Below are positions 25,636-42,213 of a DNA stretch of 64,000 nucleotides, piece by piece; position 1 is the stretch's first letter, and every line of letters begins with the position of its first letter. The position numbers and the translations under genes were made by a program. Under the pieces are notes generated by a model. The model was given only the letters and a program-made list of their open reading frames with translations, was not told the origin of the DNA and did not search any database. Origin of the DNA: the human T2T-CHM13v2.0 reference genome, Homo sapiens. The stretch is taken from the NCBI RefSeq assembly GCF_009914755.1, contig NC_060947.1. One strand, written 5' to 3'.

Positions 25636-27562
25636 GTAAGAGGTGGTGCTCAGGTGGCTGGTGGGTCAGCCCCAGGGACTCTCCTGCAGCTTGGGGCCAG
25701 CCCTCAACAGGGAGGGGTGGGCAGTCCACAGGGGACAGGGATGCAGCCCCAGCCAAGGGTCTGCAATGAGTAATTTGAAATCTGCAGGAAGGAGGGGCTT
25801 CTCCACTGCACCTTCCTTTTGGGAAGGGGAGTGTCGGAGTCACTTGGTCCAGGCCCTTGGCCTGGCTGTGTGGCTGTGGGGCAGCTGACTTCCCTGCTGG
25901 GCCTCCGTGGCTCCAGCTGTTAACTGGGATTGAAATTGTCTTTAAGAAGAAGACGACCTCCCACCCATTCCCTGCAGGGAGTGATACTGCCTCTGAGATG
26001 CTTTGGGCAGCTTCCAGAGTCACAGTGACTCACTCCTGCAGGTCACCCTGACTGCTTGAGTGTACTTGGGACTCAGCATGCCTGTAGAGAGGCACGAGTT
26101 TGCTCTGACTGTCTCCCAAGTTTACCGTGACATATTTTGTCAGCTGACCAAGGAGAACTGGCTTCTCTCTCTTTTGGGGGCTTTTCCATAACAGTGTCTA
26201 GGGGGGCTCTGAAGCGTGGGCACACCCTGCTGGCCTCTGGAGGAACTGCTCCTGACAGAGAAAGGGAACTGAAATTCAGGCTCGCTCCTTGCTCCAAACA
26301 GCCGGCAGGCGGCTTCTCAGGGGGTGGTAGAGGCAGTGGCGGCCTCTGGAAGGGAGGGCCTCAAGTTTACAGCCAGCACACAGGGCTACCTTTAGTAACT
26401 ACGGTCTCTCTGTCACCCCTCGATGACTCAGCGCCCACTACCTGCCAGGTCCCATGCTGGGCACAGAGGATGCAGGAGTGGTCAAGACAAAGGCCCTGTC
26501 TTTGGGCAACTGACGTCCCAGCAGGGGACTCAGGCAGGACCCTAGTAAACAGTTCAATACAAAAGCGAGAACCCCCAAGTGTGCCTGCAACATGGCCACC
26601 TCTGGGAGGCTGTCCCCTGTTAGAGATGGAGATTGTGGGGTTGGAGACTACCGGAGGCTCTGTGTTGCCCTTGACCCAAACCCCGATGCTCCAGCCCAGA
26701 TCCCCTCCACTGCAGGACAGAAGGGTCTACCCTGACCCCTTGACTCCTCCCCTAACTCTGAGGAGGACTCTTTGCAGGGGCCCCTAACTCCTGCCCGGAG
26801 GCCAGAACTTCCAGGCTGACCACCCCTGGCTGTCAGCTCCCTGCCCGCTCGTCTTGGCTGCCCCCTGAGTTATCTGAGCCCCCTCAGTTGCTGCCAAGCA
26901 GGAGGTCCCAAGCACCCAGAGCCTAATGTTTCCCAGCCGCTGAACAAGGCCTGGCCGCGCCCTCTCGTCTCAAACTTCCACCAAGACTTGGGGTGTGGGC
27001 ATGCAAGGAGCTGGAGCAAAGAGGGCCCCGAGGGACAGGAAGGGGGACAGCTGGCTTCGGCTGGCTGCTGCCTGGGCTCTCCCCTTCAAGCCCTCATGCA
27101 CCTTCCTGGTGGAGGCTGTTGAGGGAGATCAGGTCAGACCCCGGGCTGAGGGGAAGCCTCTGGCTCTGACTGGGGAGCCTCCAGCTTGCACTGGTTCAGC
27201 CCCAAGCACAGAGGATGGGAGGGCTGTCAGCTGAGAGCAGTGCTCCGTCGGCGCAGCACTGGGAACTGGCTGGCCAAGGAGAAGCTGGACTTTGGAGAGG
27301 CCATCAAGCTGCCTTCCTAGGCACCTGCCATGAGGAGTCACCTGGGGCACTTTTCCTGGGGGAGCATGAGGGAAATAGGCAGAGCATAGCGGGCACCTGA
27401 TCAGGGGCACAGGGGGCTGGCACCCCTCGTTTCTGCTGTACTGGGACACCTGGAGCACTTGCCAGCCAATCTTATTTGCTATCGTTAAGGGCAGGATAAA
27501 GTAGGATGACCTCAGCCCTCCAGCAAGCCTCGCTTCACTCCACCCCTTCTTCTCTTCGGCAG

Positions 27563-27601
27563 GCCTCCGAGCACAAGGGCTCCCACTGGCTACATCATCC
27601 G
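27563..27601 (+). CDS. ZNF185: ZNF185 coding exon 4 (RPPSTRAPTGYII)
   Basis: Acceptor cttctctcttcggcag-like pyrimidine tract; donor CG|gtaagt; 39 nt. Confidence 0.93.
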
Positions 27602-27657
27602 GTAAGTGACCGCAGGACTCTGCCGGCCTTCCTGTGCCCACTCACGCCAAGCCCTGA

Positions 27658-28071
<414 letters not shown>

Positions 28072-28305
28072 TAATGGGACAGAGAGGTGCAGGAGTTTGG
28101 GAGGGGCTGGGTGTAGAGTCCCCCTAGCCTGGCAGTGGGCACCCTTGACTTGACTTGCTGATGGCATTGAGAAGGCTGAAGTTGCATGCAATTCAAGCAC
28201 CTTGGCATCAGGCATTGCCTGGGACTCCGTCAGACTGGAAAGGCCAAGGGGACCCGGAAACAGGAAGCAAAGACACAGGCAAGAGCCCGCTGGGCTGTTC
28301 CCTGA

Positions 28306-28587
<282 letters not shown>

Positions 28588-29304
28588 TGAGTATGCAACG
28601 CCAGGCTCAGCGTGGTTCCCTCCTCCAAGGAACAAGTCCAAACTCTGGGTCCACTGAAGGCAGCTGACTACTTGCCACCGAGCACAGCCCGGGAAGTCCC
28701 GCCTGCCTGACACTCCCTGCCAGTTGCAGCTGTGGCCTGGAGCCCACCAGAGGGTAACAAGCCCCAGAAAACTGGATGGCTGTGCACATTGCACGTCTGA
28801 TCCGAGGCAGAGCGGAGACTGCAGGAAGCTTGTAGGAGGGGCCCCACGGATCTGGGGAAAGGGTCATGGGTCGTGAGGCTGCTGCTGGCTGGCTGTGCTT
28901 CCTGGGCTTGGCCCTGCACCCGGCCGAGCCTCAGGTGCTCTGCCTGGCTGCACTGGGCTGGGGGCCTGGGGATCCTCAGGGTGCTGCTGTCAGTCTGAGC
29001 ATTGTGTGCCTAAATCTGAGCTGCTTCTTGGATAGAAACCTTCGGGTTTTCCCTTAGTGCTCCCCTTGGGGTCCCTTTCAAAGCCCCCCACCCCCCACTG
29101 CATGCTCAGGGAGGAGGGTTCTCTGGACAGAGGTGTGAATTGTGTCTCTAGTTCCCAGGGGACCACATCTTTCCGTTGTTTGTCCCTTGCCTCCATCATC
29201 CAGGGTTGGGGAGCTGCTGGGTAACCTTTCTGGGGAAGGGGAGAGGCTCGAACAGGGAGGGAGGGGAGAGCTGGTCTCAGGGAGGAACAAGTGGCATGAC
29301 CTAA

Positions 29305-29514
<210 letters not shown>

Positions 29515-30371
29515 TAATGGAATGGTGCCTTTTGGGCATCCCGGGGGGCAGGGCAGGAGCCTGAGTCTTCGAAGACTGCTGGAATGAATTGTACTGGTTG
29601 GGGTGACAAAATGCACAACACGTAGGCCATCAGCGGTAGCCCACGGAGCATGAGAATAGGTGTCATTCTCTGAGTGCCAGAACCACCCACTCAGTGTTGG
29701 ACCAGCTGAGGGGCCCTTGAGAACCTTCTGTGGGGTAGAACCTAGGTAATGTGGGTCCGGGGAAAAGCCTCATGTGGAGGCTCTTCAGGGCTCTAAATCG
29801 GTTTGTTAGAAAGGGCCCTGAGACAGTTGAACAAAAATATTCAGGGAGAAGCCACCTGCACAGTGCCCTCTATCTGCATGATCTGCATGCCTTGGGGGTT
29901 CTGAATGCCCCGGACCCCAAACTGAGCCCCAGGCATGCACAGCAGTGGGAGTGTGCCCCATGCTGCTGAAATTCTACCCTAGTCTCTGCGCCAAGCTGCC
30001 CTCGTCCACACAGGCCAGCAAAGTTCCATGGACCCTTGCCCCTCCTCAGTCCTCTGTCCATGGGGACTGACCACATACCACCCAGTGCTGGTGAACTATG
30101 ACAGGAAGGGTTTGTTAAGCACCTTTTGTATGCCTTCGGCTTGGGGCCTGTACAGCAGTTGGGCCCTGAGGAAATAAAGCCCTCCCCTCCCTGGGCTCAG
30201 CCAGCCACCAGGTCCATATCTGCTGACCCATCTGTGGCGCAGGAATCACAGCAAAGCCCCATTGCCAAAGGCCCTGGCAGATTGGCTATCCTCAGGGAAC
30301 AGTTCACAGTGGCAGGGGCCCCCAGGCCTGGGTGGAGCAAGGAAAAGAGCCAGAAGCTAGGAGCTGCCTAG

Positions 30372-30841
<470 letters not shown>

Positions 30842-31138
30842 TGAGTTGCCACCAACTGGCTCCAGGCTCTAGGACAGCTCTCCTCTCCTCAGAGCTCCAG
30901 CCTTCTCTGGCTGATGAAAGGGTAGGTGGAGAGATCACCCCCAAGGGCCTTCCTAGCTGAGCCTTCTCAGATTCTCAGATGTACTTTCTAGAAAATGGAG
31001 AGGTCTGGCGGCTACCACCAGGGACAGTGAAGTGCCGGGAATGGAGAGGGCCCAGGACCCTCTGAGGTAGAGCGGTCTTGATGTCACCTGCCCACGGGCT
31101 CTGCCCAAAGCATTGCCTTTCTGCTTCCTTTCCAGCAG

Positions 31139-31177
31139 TCCTACCCAGGAGACACAGGCACCGTTTATCGCGAAGAG
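31139..31177 (+). CDS. ZNF185: ZNF185 coding exon 9 (GPTQETQAPFIAK); alternative acceptor at 31136 adds Ser
   Basis: Acceptor ttcctttccagcag (CAGCAG); donor AG|gtaagt; 39 or 42 nt. Confidence 0.93.
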
Positions 31178-31981
31178 GTAAGTGTCATCAAGGGACACCT
31201 TGGAGGCCTGTTACTGGCCACAGGAAGGCCTTCCGTCAGCAGGGGTGTAGTGTGGGAGCTGTGGAGAGGGGATGTGGATGTGGGGGACTACTGTCCCTGA
31301 GCAGGGGGAGTTGTGAGGGGCTGGGGGCTTCTGTCTGGAGGCCTGGCAAGCACCTGGGTGGCTGTGGTAGCATATGTGGTCAAGCTCTTCCATTTGCCAA
31401 TGGCTAATGGGGCTGGGCCCCTGACCCAACGTGGAGCATTTCCAAGGCCCTCTGGGAGTTGTTCCCCTGCCCCTGTTGCTTGCCTGATGCCTTGCCTTCT
31501 GCTCTCATCCAGGATCAAAACCTGGGCCATCAGGAGAACTTCCCCTGGGAGGTGACTGTGACATTGGAGATGGGCCCTAAAGGGTGAACAGGGCTTAACA
31601 GGGAATGATCAGAACGTCGGGATACTCCAGCTGAATGAGGGAGGGGTGTCACCATTAGTTGAGACAGGGCACCTTCTGGAGGAGGAAAATATTCGGGGGA
31701 AAGCAAGAAAGAAACTTCTGGAAACTTGAATTTGAGGGACTTCCAGTTGAGTGGACAGGGAAGGCCTCTCTCTGTGCTGAGGTGGCTAGCTGGGGACTGC
31801 AAACCCAAGAGAAGACAGCATGCCAACTGCCCCAGGCAGAGGGCCCCAGTGCACAGGCCCGGGGTGGGACTAGCTTGCTGTGTTGGAAGACCAGGAAGTT
31901 GGCAGGAATACAGAGAGCAGGGATGGTGGCAGCACAAAGGAAGTGACAGAGAACGGGGGGCGGTGGGGGGGTCTTCCTGGC

Positions 31982-32432
31982 TGCATTTGGTTCCTGTGGT
32001 TTCTGTAACGCAGTACCAAAAACTGAGTGGCTTAAAACATCAGAAAGGGATTCTCTCCCGGTTCTGGAGACCAGAAGTCTAGATCAAGGTGTTAGCAGGG
32101 TGGGTTCCTTCTGGAGGCTTTGAGGGAGAAACCATCCCAGGCCACTCTCCTGGCTTCTGCTGGTGGTTGGTGATCCTTGGTGTTCCTCGGCTTGTACCTG
32201 CATCACTCCAGTCTGTGCGTCTGTCTTCACATGGCCTTCTCTTCTCTGTGTGTCTGTGTCCAGATTTCCCTCTTCTTACAAGGACAGCGGTCATTGGATT
32301 TAGGACCCATCCTACTCCAGTATGACCTCATCTTACCTGATTACATCTGCAAAGACCCTATTTCCAAATAAGGTTACAGTCACAGGTTCCAGGGGACATG
32401 AATTTTGGGGGGACACTATTCAACCCAGTATG
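31982..32432 (-). mobile_element. MLT1C-like MaLR solo LTR
   Basis: Reverse MLT1 consensus: gtggcttaaaaca...ttctggagaccagaagtctagatcaaggtgttagcaggg...ccagtatgacctcatctta...tacatctgcaaagaccctatttccaaataagg. Confidence 0.85.
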
Positions 32433-32515
32433 CTGCCCTTATCCTGAGCTGGAGTCACTGAACCCCCAGCCTGGGCCACCTCTTGGCCGTGATCCTGAAG
32501 GGTTGGGTCAGTTAG

Positions 32516-32686
<171 letters not shown>

Positions 32687-32960
32687 TAATCCACTGCGCT
32701 CATCTCTGCCTGGGGCTGGTGGCTGCCATACCTGCCACTCAGTCACTGAGGAACCTCAGTCAGGGCACCTCCATGCTGGGCTTCGAGATCAGTGTCCCCA
32801 TGTGCCCAGTGACAAGACGGGACAAAGAAATCAGTAAGAGCCCATCTGGCTGGATGTCCCAGGGCTGAAAGGAGCAAAACAGTCCAGCCCCCCGGGAGAG
32901 AGCACCTGGCTCTGGTCTGTTGAGTACGTATCTGTGTCACCTTAACCCTTGCACCACTGA

Positions 32961-33266
<306 letters not shown>

Positions 33267-33984
33267 TGAGTGGGTGTGATGGCTTCCCGCCAGCCTGGCT
33301 GGCTGGTTCTGCCAGCTGGGGAGGGTCTGGCAGTGGGGTGATGGGGCAAGGACAGGCTGAGCACTGGTGATCTCACTCCAGGAAGGGCCGTGATTTGTCT
33401 TGATTTCTGATCCCTGAGAATCTGGGCAGATAATGGTGCTCTCTTGTCTGTGGACAACTAATACCTTCTTGTACTTTGTGCAGAATGGTGCTAAGTCCTG
33501 CAGGGAGAGCCACCACCTGCTGTTGCTGCTGTTTAAAGTGCCTGCCTGGATTGAGACCTTTGCTCAAATCTAGGTCTCCTAAGAGCTGCATCTCTGTAGC
33601 ACCCTTGGAAGACCCCTGCATCCAGAAGGGGAGAGGGCCTGTCCCTACCGGTCACTACCCAGGCCCCCAAGGGCTGTTCAGGCTCTCCTAATACCATAGC
33701 AATCCCCCAATTTGAGCTCCACAGCCATTTATAGACAGGTGACCACTGTCCTCAGGGTTACTTCCTCAGTCTGGGAGGGAGACAGAAATGCTGGCAGAGG
33801 GAGCCAGGAGCATGAGGCCAGCTCCCTCCATGGCCCCAGGCAGCAGACTGCCAGGGTGCTTCTCCTTTTCACTCTCTCCCTCTCTTGATCTTCTCTGGTT
33901 GTCTGACTCTCCCCATAAGAACTTTGGTCCATAGAAGATGTGGAAAGGAAGATTTGAGAATTCTTTACAAGGCAATATCTAGGG

Positions 33985-34303
33985 CAGAGCTCCCCAGTCT
34001 TTTTGGCACCAGGGATTGGTTTCGTGAAAGACACTTTTTCCACGGGAAGGAGCAGGGGATGGTTTCAGGATGAAACTGTTCCACCTTAGATCATCAAGCA
34101 CCGGATTCTCATAAGGAGCGCACAATCTAGATCTCTCACATGTGCAGTTCACAATACGGTTCGCGCTCTCATGAGAATCTGCTGATCTGACAGGAGGCGG
34201 AGCTAAGGCAGTAATGATCTCTAGCTTACCTCCTACTGTGCAGCCTGATTCCCAGCAGACCACAGACTGGTACTGATCCTCAGGCTGGGGTTGGGGACCC
34301 CTG
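33985..34303 (+). mobile_element. MER1B (hAT-Charlie), complete with 8-bp TSD
   Basis: Termini cagagctcccc...ggggacccctg; internal gatgaaactgttccaccttagatcatca; TSD ATCTAGGG at 33977-33984 and 34304-34311. Confidence 0.92.
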
Positions 34304-34339
34304 ATCTAGGGGACTTGGCAATTGAGGGATATGGGGGCA

Positions 34340-35028
34340 AAGGCTGCCACAACAAAGTATTGTACCACACCCTGGGGCGCTTAAACCACAGAAACGTATC
34401 ATCTCCCACTTCTGGAGGCTAGAAGTGTGAGATCAAGGTGACGGCAAGGTTGGTTCCTCTTGAGTCTCTCTCCTTGGCTGGTAGACTCCATCTTCTCCCT
34501 GGGCCCTTATATGCTCATCCCTGTCTGTGTGTGCCTGCGTCCTAATCACTTCTGTTTTTTTGAGACAGAGTCTCACTCCGTCGCCCAGGCTGGAGTGCAG
34601 TGGCACAGTCACCACTCACTGCAGCCTCGACCTTCCAGGCTCAAGAGAGCCTCCAGCCTTAGCCTCCTGAGTAGCTGGGGCTACAGTCACAGGCCACCAT
34701 ACCCAGCTAGTTTTTTTTTTTTAAATTTTTGTAGAGACAGGGTTTCACCATGTTGCCCAGGCTGGTCTGGAACTCTAGGACTCAAATGATCCTCCTGCCT
34801 TAGCCTCCCAAAGTGCTGGGATTGCAGGCATGAGCCACCGCGCCCAGACCCTAATCACTTCTTATAAGGACATTGGTCCAACTGGATTAGGGCCCACCCT
34901 AACAACTGTATTTTAACTTAGTCACTTCTTTAAAGGCCCCATCTCCAAATGCAGTAACATTCTGAGGTCATGGGGGAGTTAAGACCTCAACATATGAATT
35001 TTGGGTGGCACAAGTCAGCCCATAACAG
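34340..35028 (-). mobile_element. MLT1 (B-like) MaLR LTR, split by an Alu
   Basis: ggctgccacaacaaagta...ttctggaggctagaagtgtgagatcaaggtg and cttataaggaca...ggattagggcccaccctaa...atctccaaatgcagtaacattctgagg. Confidence 0.8.
34554..34849 (-). mobile_element. AluJ-like element inserted in MLT1
   Basis: Full reverse Alu; TSD cctaatcacttct at 34541-34553 and 34850-34862. Confidence 0.93.
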
Positions 35029-35094
35029 TATACAGTTCTCATTTCTCCTTATTTCTCTTTTAAAGAAAGGCAATAAATGGTTTCAGGTGCCTTT

Positions 35095-35410
<316 letters not shown>

Positions 35411-35424
35411 TCAGGTGCCTTTTA

Positions 35425-35760
<336 letters not shown>

Positions 35761-36594
35761 AATGGAGGAGAATTAGGTTGTGCTGTATTATAGATTTAAA
35801 AGGCACTTTGACATTTATTCCACAAAATTCCTTTCGATGTTTAATCCCCATCATATGGTTGTCATTGCAAGGTGGCTTTTTAAGTTTGCTCAGGTTGCCA
35901 TAACAAATAAAGGCTAGAGATTCAGGGTCCGGGGCAAGCTCCCAACAGGAGGCTCAGCTTGATGCTTCTGATAGTTCTTTCCTCCAATTCTGGTCACTCA
36001 ATATTTGGAGCTCACCCAGGCAGCTTCCAGGAAAGCTGCTGGCTGATCCTGACCCTGGAGGGCCGTCTTCTCTGACCCTACCACGTTAGGTGCTGCACTG
36101 GACCAAGCAGCCACCATCAGTACTCCCAGGCCCAGCTCCTATCTGCCTGGTGTCTGAGAAGCCCAGCCCGTGAGGAACAATGACTCAATCAAACTCAGGG
36201 TCCTGCAGCACTTCAGAAAAGGCTGGTTTGTGGCAGAGTGGAAGAGGAGAATGTCACAGCCTTGTCCCCAGGCACAGACCTATCGAGGCTACCCTCTCCC
36301 CACCCCCTGCCCTGCCCTGTTTCCCTTAGCTACAGTGCAAAGGTCAGCTCCTCATAACTCTTGCCCCCCTTGCAACCTGAACCCAGTTTAGGGACCCTCT
36401 CTTGGAGAAACTGGTTCTACACATGCACCCCTTCTCGGCCCCCAGGCCTGGCTGCTTTACCCGAAGCACTGGTCAAGCTTGCCTCACCTGACCAGGGCAT
36501 GGCCTCCTGGGTCCCGGTCCTAGGCTCTGCCCAGCATGCTGCCTGGCAGAGCGTCTGGGGAGCAGGGAGTAGGAGCACAGCTTCTGGCACAGGA

Positions 36595-36780
36595 CAAAAC
36601 CCTGGCTTTGCATCAGACTGACTGTGTGACCTTGAGCAAGTCTCTTCATCTCTCCATGCATCAGTTTCCCCGTGGATAAAATAGGGAGAGCAGTAATAGC
36701 TACTTCCCAAGGCTGTCCCAAATGCTAAATGAGATCGTGCACCTGAAGTACTTACCACAGTGCCTGGGTGCTGGTATCCT
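36595..36780 (+). mobile_element. MIR
   Basis: ctgtgtgaccttgagcaagtctcttcatctctccatgcatcagtttccccgtggataaaataggg. Confidence 0.8.
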
Positions 36781-37173
36781 CGGGGGCTCCCAGTCATAGG
36801 CGTGCTGAGCTGCAGGGCCCTTATTCAAATACAGGAAGAGATCAATATCTCCACCTGCTGGCATTTGAGGGAAATGTGGCCAAAGGCAGTGAAAAGGAGG
36901 TATCCCCTCGCCCCACATCCCCGCCTCCTCGCTCTTTGGCAGAATGAGTCACACACTGTTTGGCACAGGCCACAGTTGGTCGCATTCCCACAGGTGGCTG
37001 TGATCAGTTTTGGGCTTCAGGCTTCAGCAGATGCCTGCCTCTCTTCCTTGGGTGCCTTCCAAGGGTGTGCAGCCTTCCAGCGTGGTCCTGGACTTCAGCT
37101 TGGACTGGAGCTGTCTGTGGTTGAGAGTCTGGGGAGATGGTGGGGTAGCGGGTTGTGGGGGAGGAGAGACCCT

Positions 37174-37445
37174 TGTATTAGTTTACTGGAGCTGCTGTAA
37201 CAAGGTACCAGAAACTGAGTGGCTTAAAACCACACGCATTTATCCTCTCACAATTCTGGAGGCTGGAAGTCTGAGATCAAGGTGTCGGAAGGGCCATGCT
37301 CCCTCCAAAGGCTCTGGGGGAAAATCTGTTCCATACCTTTCTCTTACCTTTTGTTGCCTGCAATCCTTGGTGTTTCCTGGCTTGCGCCCGCCTCACTCCC
37401 ATCTCGGCCTCTGTCTTCGCGCAGCCGTCTTCCCTCTGTGTCTGC
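37174..37445 (-). mobile_element. MLT1C-like LTR fragment
   Basis: tgtattagttt...gctgctgtaacaa...gtggcttaaaac...atttatcctctcacaattctggaggctggaagtctgagatcaaggtgtcgg. Confidence 0.85.
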
Positions 37446-38294
37446 CCACATTGCCCTAGTCTGACATCAGTCACTGGAGCAGGCTGGGGTGACACTTTGT
37501 TCCCATTTCCTCTGTGACAGAGCCAGAAACGCCAGTGAGAAAATATGTTGTGCTTGCCTGTGACATCCCTGTTCCCTGGCACCACCTGATTTAAATGAGG
37601 CAGCCAGGGGTTTTATACTGTCATCATAAATGACATCATCCTCAACAACGATGTCATCGTCGTTATCACGAGAGGAGATGGGGAGAAGTCAGAGCTGTCT
37701 GTGTGTCTAGGGCCCCTCCTGGCTTTCATGATGGGAGAGGCCTTGTCCTTGGTAGCCCTTCCATTTCCCTCTGGTCACTTTGAGCACTCCAGGCCCTGGC
37801 CAGGGTGGAAGTGGAGGGACAGAGATGAGCAGCCCGCTGACCCAGCCCTCCATGGCTCATTCCTTGCTTTCACCTTGGCCACTCCATCCCCTACCCCTCC
37901 TGGGACCCCTGAGTGGCCTCTTTAAAGTGCCAGTCTGAACCTATAAACCCCCCACCTCCACTTCAAGCCCATCCTGCATCTTCCCTTTGCCATACCAGAT
38001 CTAGTCTGTACATTCAGGACCCCTGCCAGCCTCTACCTCCTCCTCCTCCCCCGATCTCCCTTCAGCTGGCCTGGGTCGGGCTATGCCTCCATGAAGCTTG
38101 TCCACTGCTCCCATGGCTAAACCTGTTCTGGGCCCTGCAGCACAGCAAGGTCAGTTTCCATGCCTCTCTGCCCCTGCCTGACCCTGCTGGGCCCAGAGCT
38201 TCACCAGGGCAGGCCTGGGGCTCAGGCTTGTCTGCACTTCCAGGGCCCAGGGACAGTCAAAGGCAGGAGTGACTGCAATGTGGCTTGGAATTAG

Positions 38295-39140
<846 letters not shown>

Positions 39141-41369
39141 TAGAGATGGAAGCAGCAGCCTCAGGTGGCAAATGATGAGGCCTAGGGCCGGCTCTGCCAC
39201 TGTAGGGCCAACAGGTTGATGGGAGGCATGGTCGACCTGGGTTTTCTGCCCCATCTCATTCTTTCACTCAGAAAACCATTATGGAGCAAGCGCTTAGTCT
39301 GTGTAAGGGCACAGGCCCGACCCTGGGACACAGTAGTGAACAGGACCCCCTGGCTGGAATTGCCATCTGCCTGGTGGGGGAGGCAGACGCCGACATGAGC
39401 ATGAATGAGGTCAGCCAGAGATGCTGTGTGCCAGGAGCCCCTGGGAAGTGACAGCTCAACCCTGCCAATTGCTGAAGATGGGACCAGTCAGCCGTGCTGG
39501 GGATGTTGGTGGGGGTGGGAGGAGGATTGGGTCTAAGGAGCCCGTGAAGGCCACTGAGGCCATTGCCCTGCCTGTGTGAGAGGGCCACTGGGAATAGAGT
39601 GGGGTCACTGGGTCAGAGTCCACAGCTCTCCATGCCACTAGGCTCTGTGCTGGGGAGGGGTGGGTCAAGGAGGCCACAACCAGCAGGGAGCACGAGGGGC
39701 TCAGCCTCTGCCCTGGGGTGGGGGTCAGACAGCCAGGTGACATGCAGGCAGGATTCGGGGGCTGGGGTGGAGGCTAGGAGAGATCCGAGCAGGGAGACTG
39801 GGCCCCTACCTTGTGAAGGCCAGGGACTGGGGAGAGAAGCGGGAGTGTACACTGAAGGTCATCCCTTAATCCCTGGGGTGGCAGGAACTTCGAGCAGAGG
39901 CCTCTCAACAGTGTGGTGGGTGGGAGTGCTTGGGGAGGGCTTCCTGGAGGAATTGACATCCAAGATGAGTCCTGAGCGATCTCTAGGTCCCTTTACCCTC
40001 CTCCTTGGCTCCTCCCACTTTAATTCTGCCCCCAAGGCACCAAGTCCTGTCCACTTTATTTTAGAGATGTTTCCATCCCTATTGCTCTGCCCCTGGCCCA
40101 GGCCTCCACTGCTACTCACCCAGTTGTCTGCGACCGTTTCCTACTGTCCCATCCCTGGACTCCCTTCCACATCTACCTGGGTGATGTTTCCAAAGGGCAG
40201 AAGTAGTTATGCCAGCCCCCCGCAGAAAGCCCTGCAAAGCCCCTCCCACTATGCTCTGCAGCCTGAACTCAGTACCTGGCCCCACCTGCAGGCTCCTCCC
40301 TCCCTGGGCCTTTCTCTGTGCAGGCTGGAGGCTCTGCCTGAGATGCCCTTTCCCCTCTTCATCTTTCTGTTCCACCTCAAATGTCCTGTCTTCTGGGTCA
40401 TGTCCTTCTCCTGAGTTTCTTCCCCAGGCAGCATCTGAGGGCTTGTCGATTCTGCATGGCAGCATCCATTCTGCATGGATGTAGATACAATCACTATGCC
40501 CATTTTACAGATTAAGAAACTGAGACCCTGAATGGTTAAGTAACTTGCTCAAGGTCACATGGTCCAGAGCAGGCAGATCCGCTCAGCCTGCCCTACTCCC
40601 ACCTTCCACCTTCTGCACCATAGCTCATTGTACTAGTTGGGGCAGGGAGCAGGGGGACAGAGAGGGGTGATGGAAAGACTTGGCATTTGCTGAGTGAACT
40701 CATTTGACGAGTTTATTCGTAGGCATTGAAGTCAAAATTTCCAGGAGGGAGGTATTTTAAGGTTTGTGATTGAGGTTTGAGAGAGTGATTAGGGCTCAAG
40801 AGATTTCCACGTTATATGCAGACAGAATAGAGCTGAAATCATGAGCGTAAACTAGCTTTACATGGGGCTCATGGTGAGCCAATGGAAGCTGGGCACCGAC
40901 CTCAGTATGCAGGTGGCAGCCACCTGGCCAGCCCTCCTGGGGACAGCTGGGCGAGGGCAGTCTCTTCTCGCCATGTTGAGAGTGGGCCTCCTGAGGGCCA
41001 GTTGGGAGTTAGTGGGTGTGCAGGCCAGTATAAAGGAGAGGCAGGAACAAGTGGAGATCCCTGCTTCAAGGGTGGCAGTTGACACCTTGGGAGGGGAGGA
41101 GACAGCCCAGCAAGTGGTGGAGCACGCCAAAGGGAGGAGAAAAAGGCGGAGACCAGGAAGGTGTGTGGCCAGGGAGGTAGGCAGGTGGTGTTGACAGGAT
41201 CAAGGGAGGAGGGGTGGTGAGAAGGCTGGAGTGGCCCACTGGGTCAGCAGTACTGAATGGTGGTTTGAAATAATGATGGGACTGTCTCTCCTGGATTTGA
41301 CAACATGGGGCTCCCTGAGGACCTGAAGGAGAACAGAAGGGGGCTTAAATTAGGAGATTAGGATCAGGG

Positions 41370-41574
41370 ATATAGTCCAGAACTCAAATCCCAGCTACTC
41401 CTCTTATTACCTGTGAAATTTGGGGCAAATCACAGGGGCTTTGTGTGCCTCCGTTTGCTCATCTGAAAGATGGGCATGGGTGATAACAGTGCCCATATCC
41501 TGGGGTTGATTTGCAGAGTTAATGCATATAAAGTCACGAGAACAGGCTCAAATGCTCAATCAACAGTAGCTATT
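41370..41574 (+). mobile_element. MIR
   Basis: tcaaatcccagctactcctcttattacctgtgaaatttggggcaaatcac...gtgcctccgtttgctcatctgaaagatggg...aatgctcaatcaacagtagctatt. Confidence 0.75.
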
Positions 41575-41644
41575 GCCAGGCACAGTGGCTCACACCTGTA
41601 ATCCCAGCACAGTAGCTATAAAACAACAACAACAAAAAACAAAA
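41575..41644 (+). mobile_element. Collapsed Alu: 5' 36 bp plus A-rich tail between TSDs
   Basis: gccaggcacagtggctcacacctgtaatcccagcac, then agtagctat, then an (AAC/A) tail; TSD aacagtagctatt. Confidence 0.8.
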
Positions 41645-41700
41645 AACAGTAGCTATTAGTAATGAAGTTTTGATAATTGGCCAATCTGTCAATCAGCAGG

Positions 41701-41993
41701 GTTTGTTTGTTTTTGGTTCTGTTTTTTAAGACAGCATCTTGCTGTGTGTGCCCAGGCTCAAGTGCAGTGGTGCCATCACAGCTCGCTGCAGCCTCAACCT
41801 TCCAGGTTCAACCTCCCAAGTAGCTGGGACCACAGGCACACACCACCACTCCTGACTAACTTTCAAAAATATTTTTGTGGAGATGGAGTCTAGCTGTGTT
41901 TCTCAGGCTGGTCTTGAACTCCTGGCTCAAGTGATCCTCTTGCCTCGGCCTCTCAAAATGCTGGGTTATAGGCGTGAGCCACTGCACCCGGCC
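41701..41993 (-). mobile_element. AluJ-like element
   Basis: Reverse dimeric Alu with a TTTG tail, ending gagccactgcacccggcc. Confidence 0.9.
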
Positions 41994-42066
41994 CAGTAGC
42001 AGGTTTTAAGCTCCGTGGAGACAGCTGGCGTTTGAGGATGAGGTAACAGCCCACACCTGAGTGTGA

Positions 42067-42213
<147 letters not shown>

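Noticed and set aside
39563-40414. 283-aa + strand ORF in intron 12
   Set aside because: Non-ATG start, no splice sites linking it to ZNF185, and its 3' half looks like decayed L2-type sequence.
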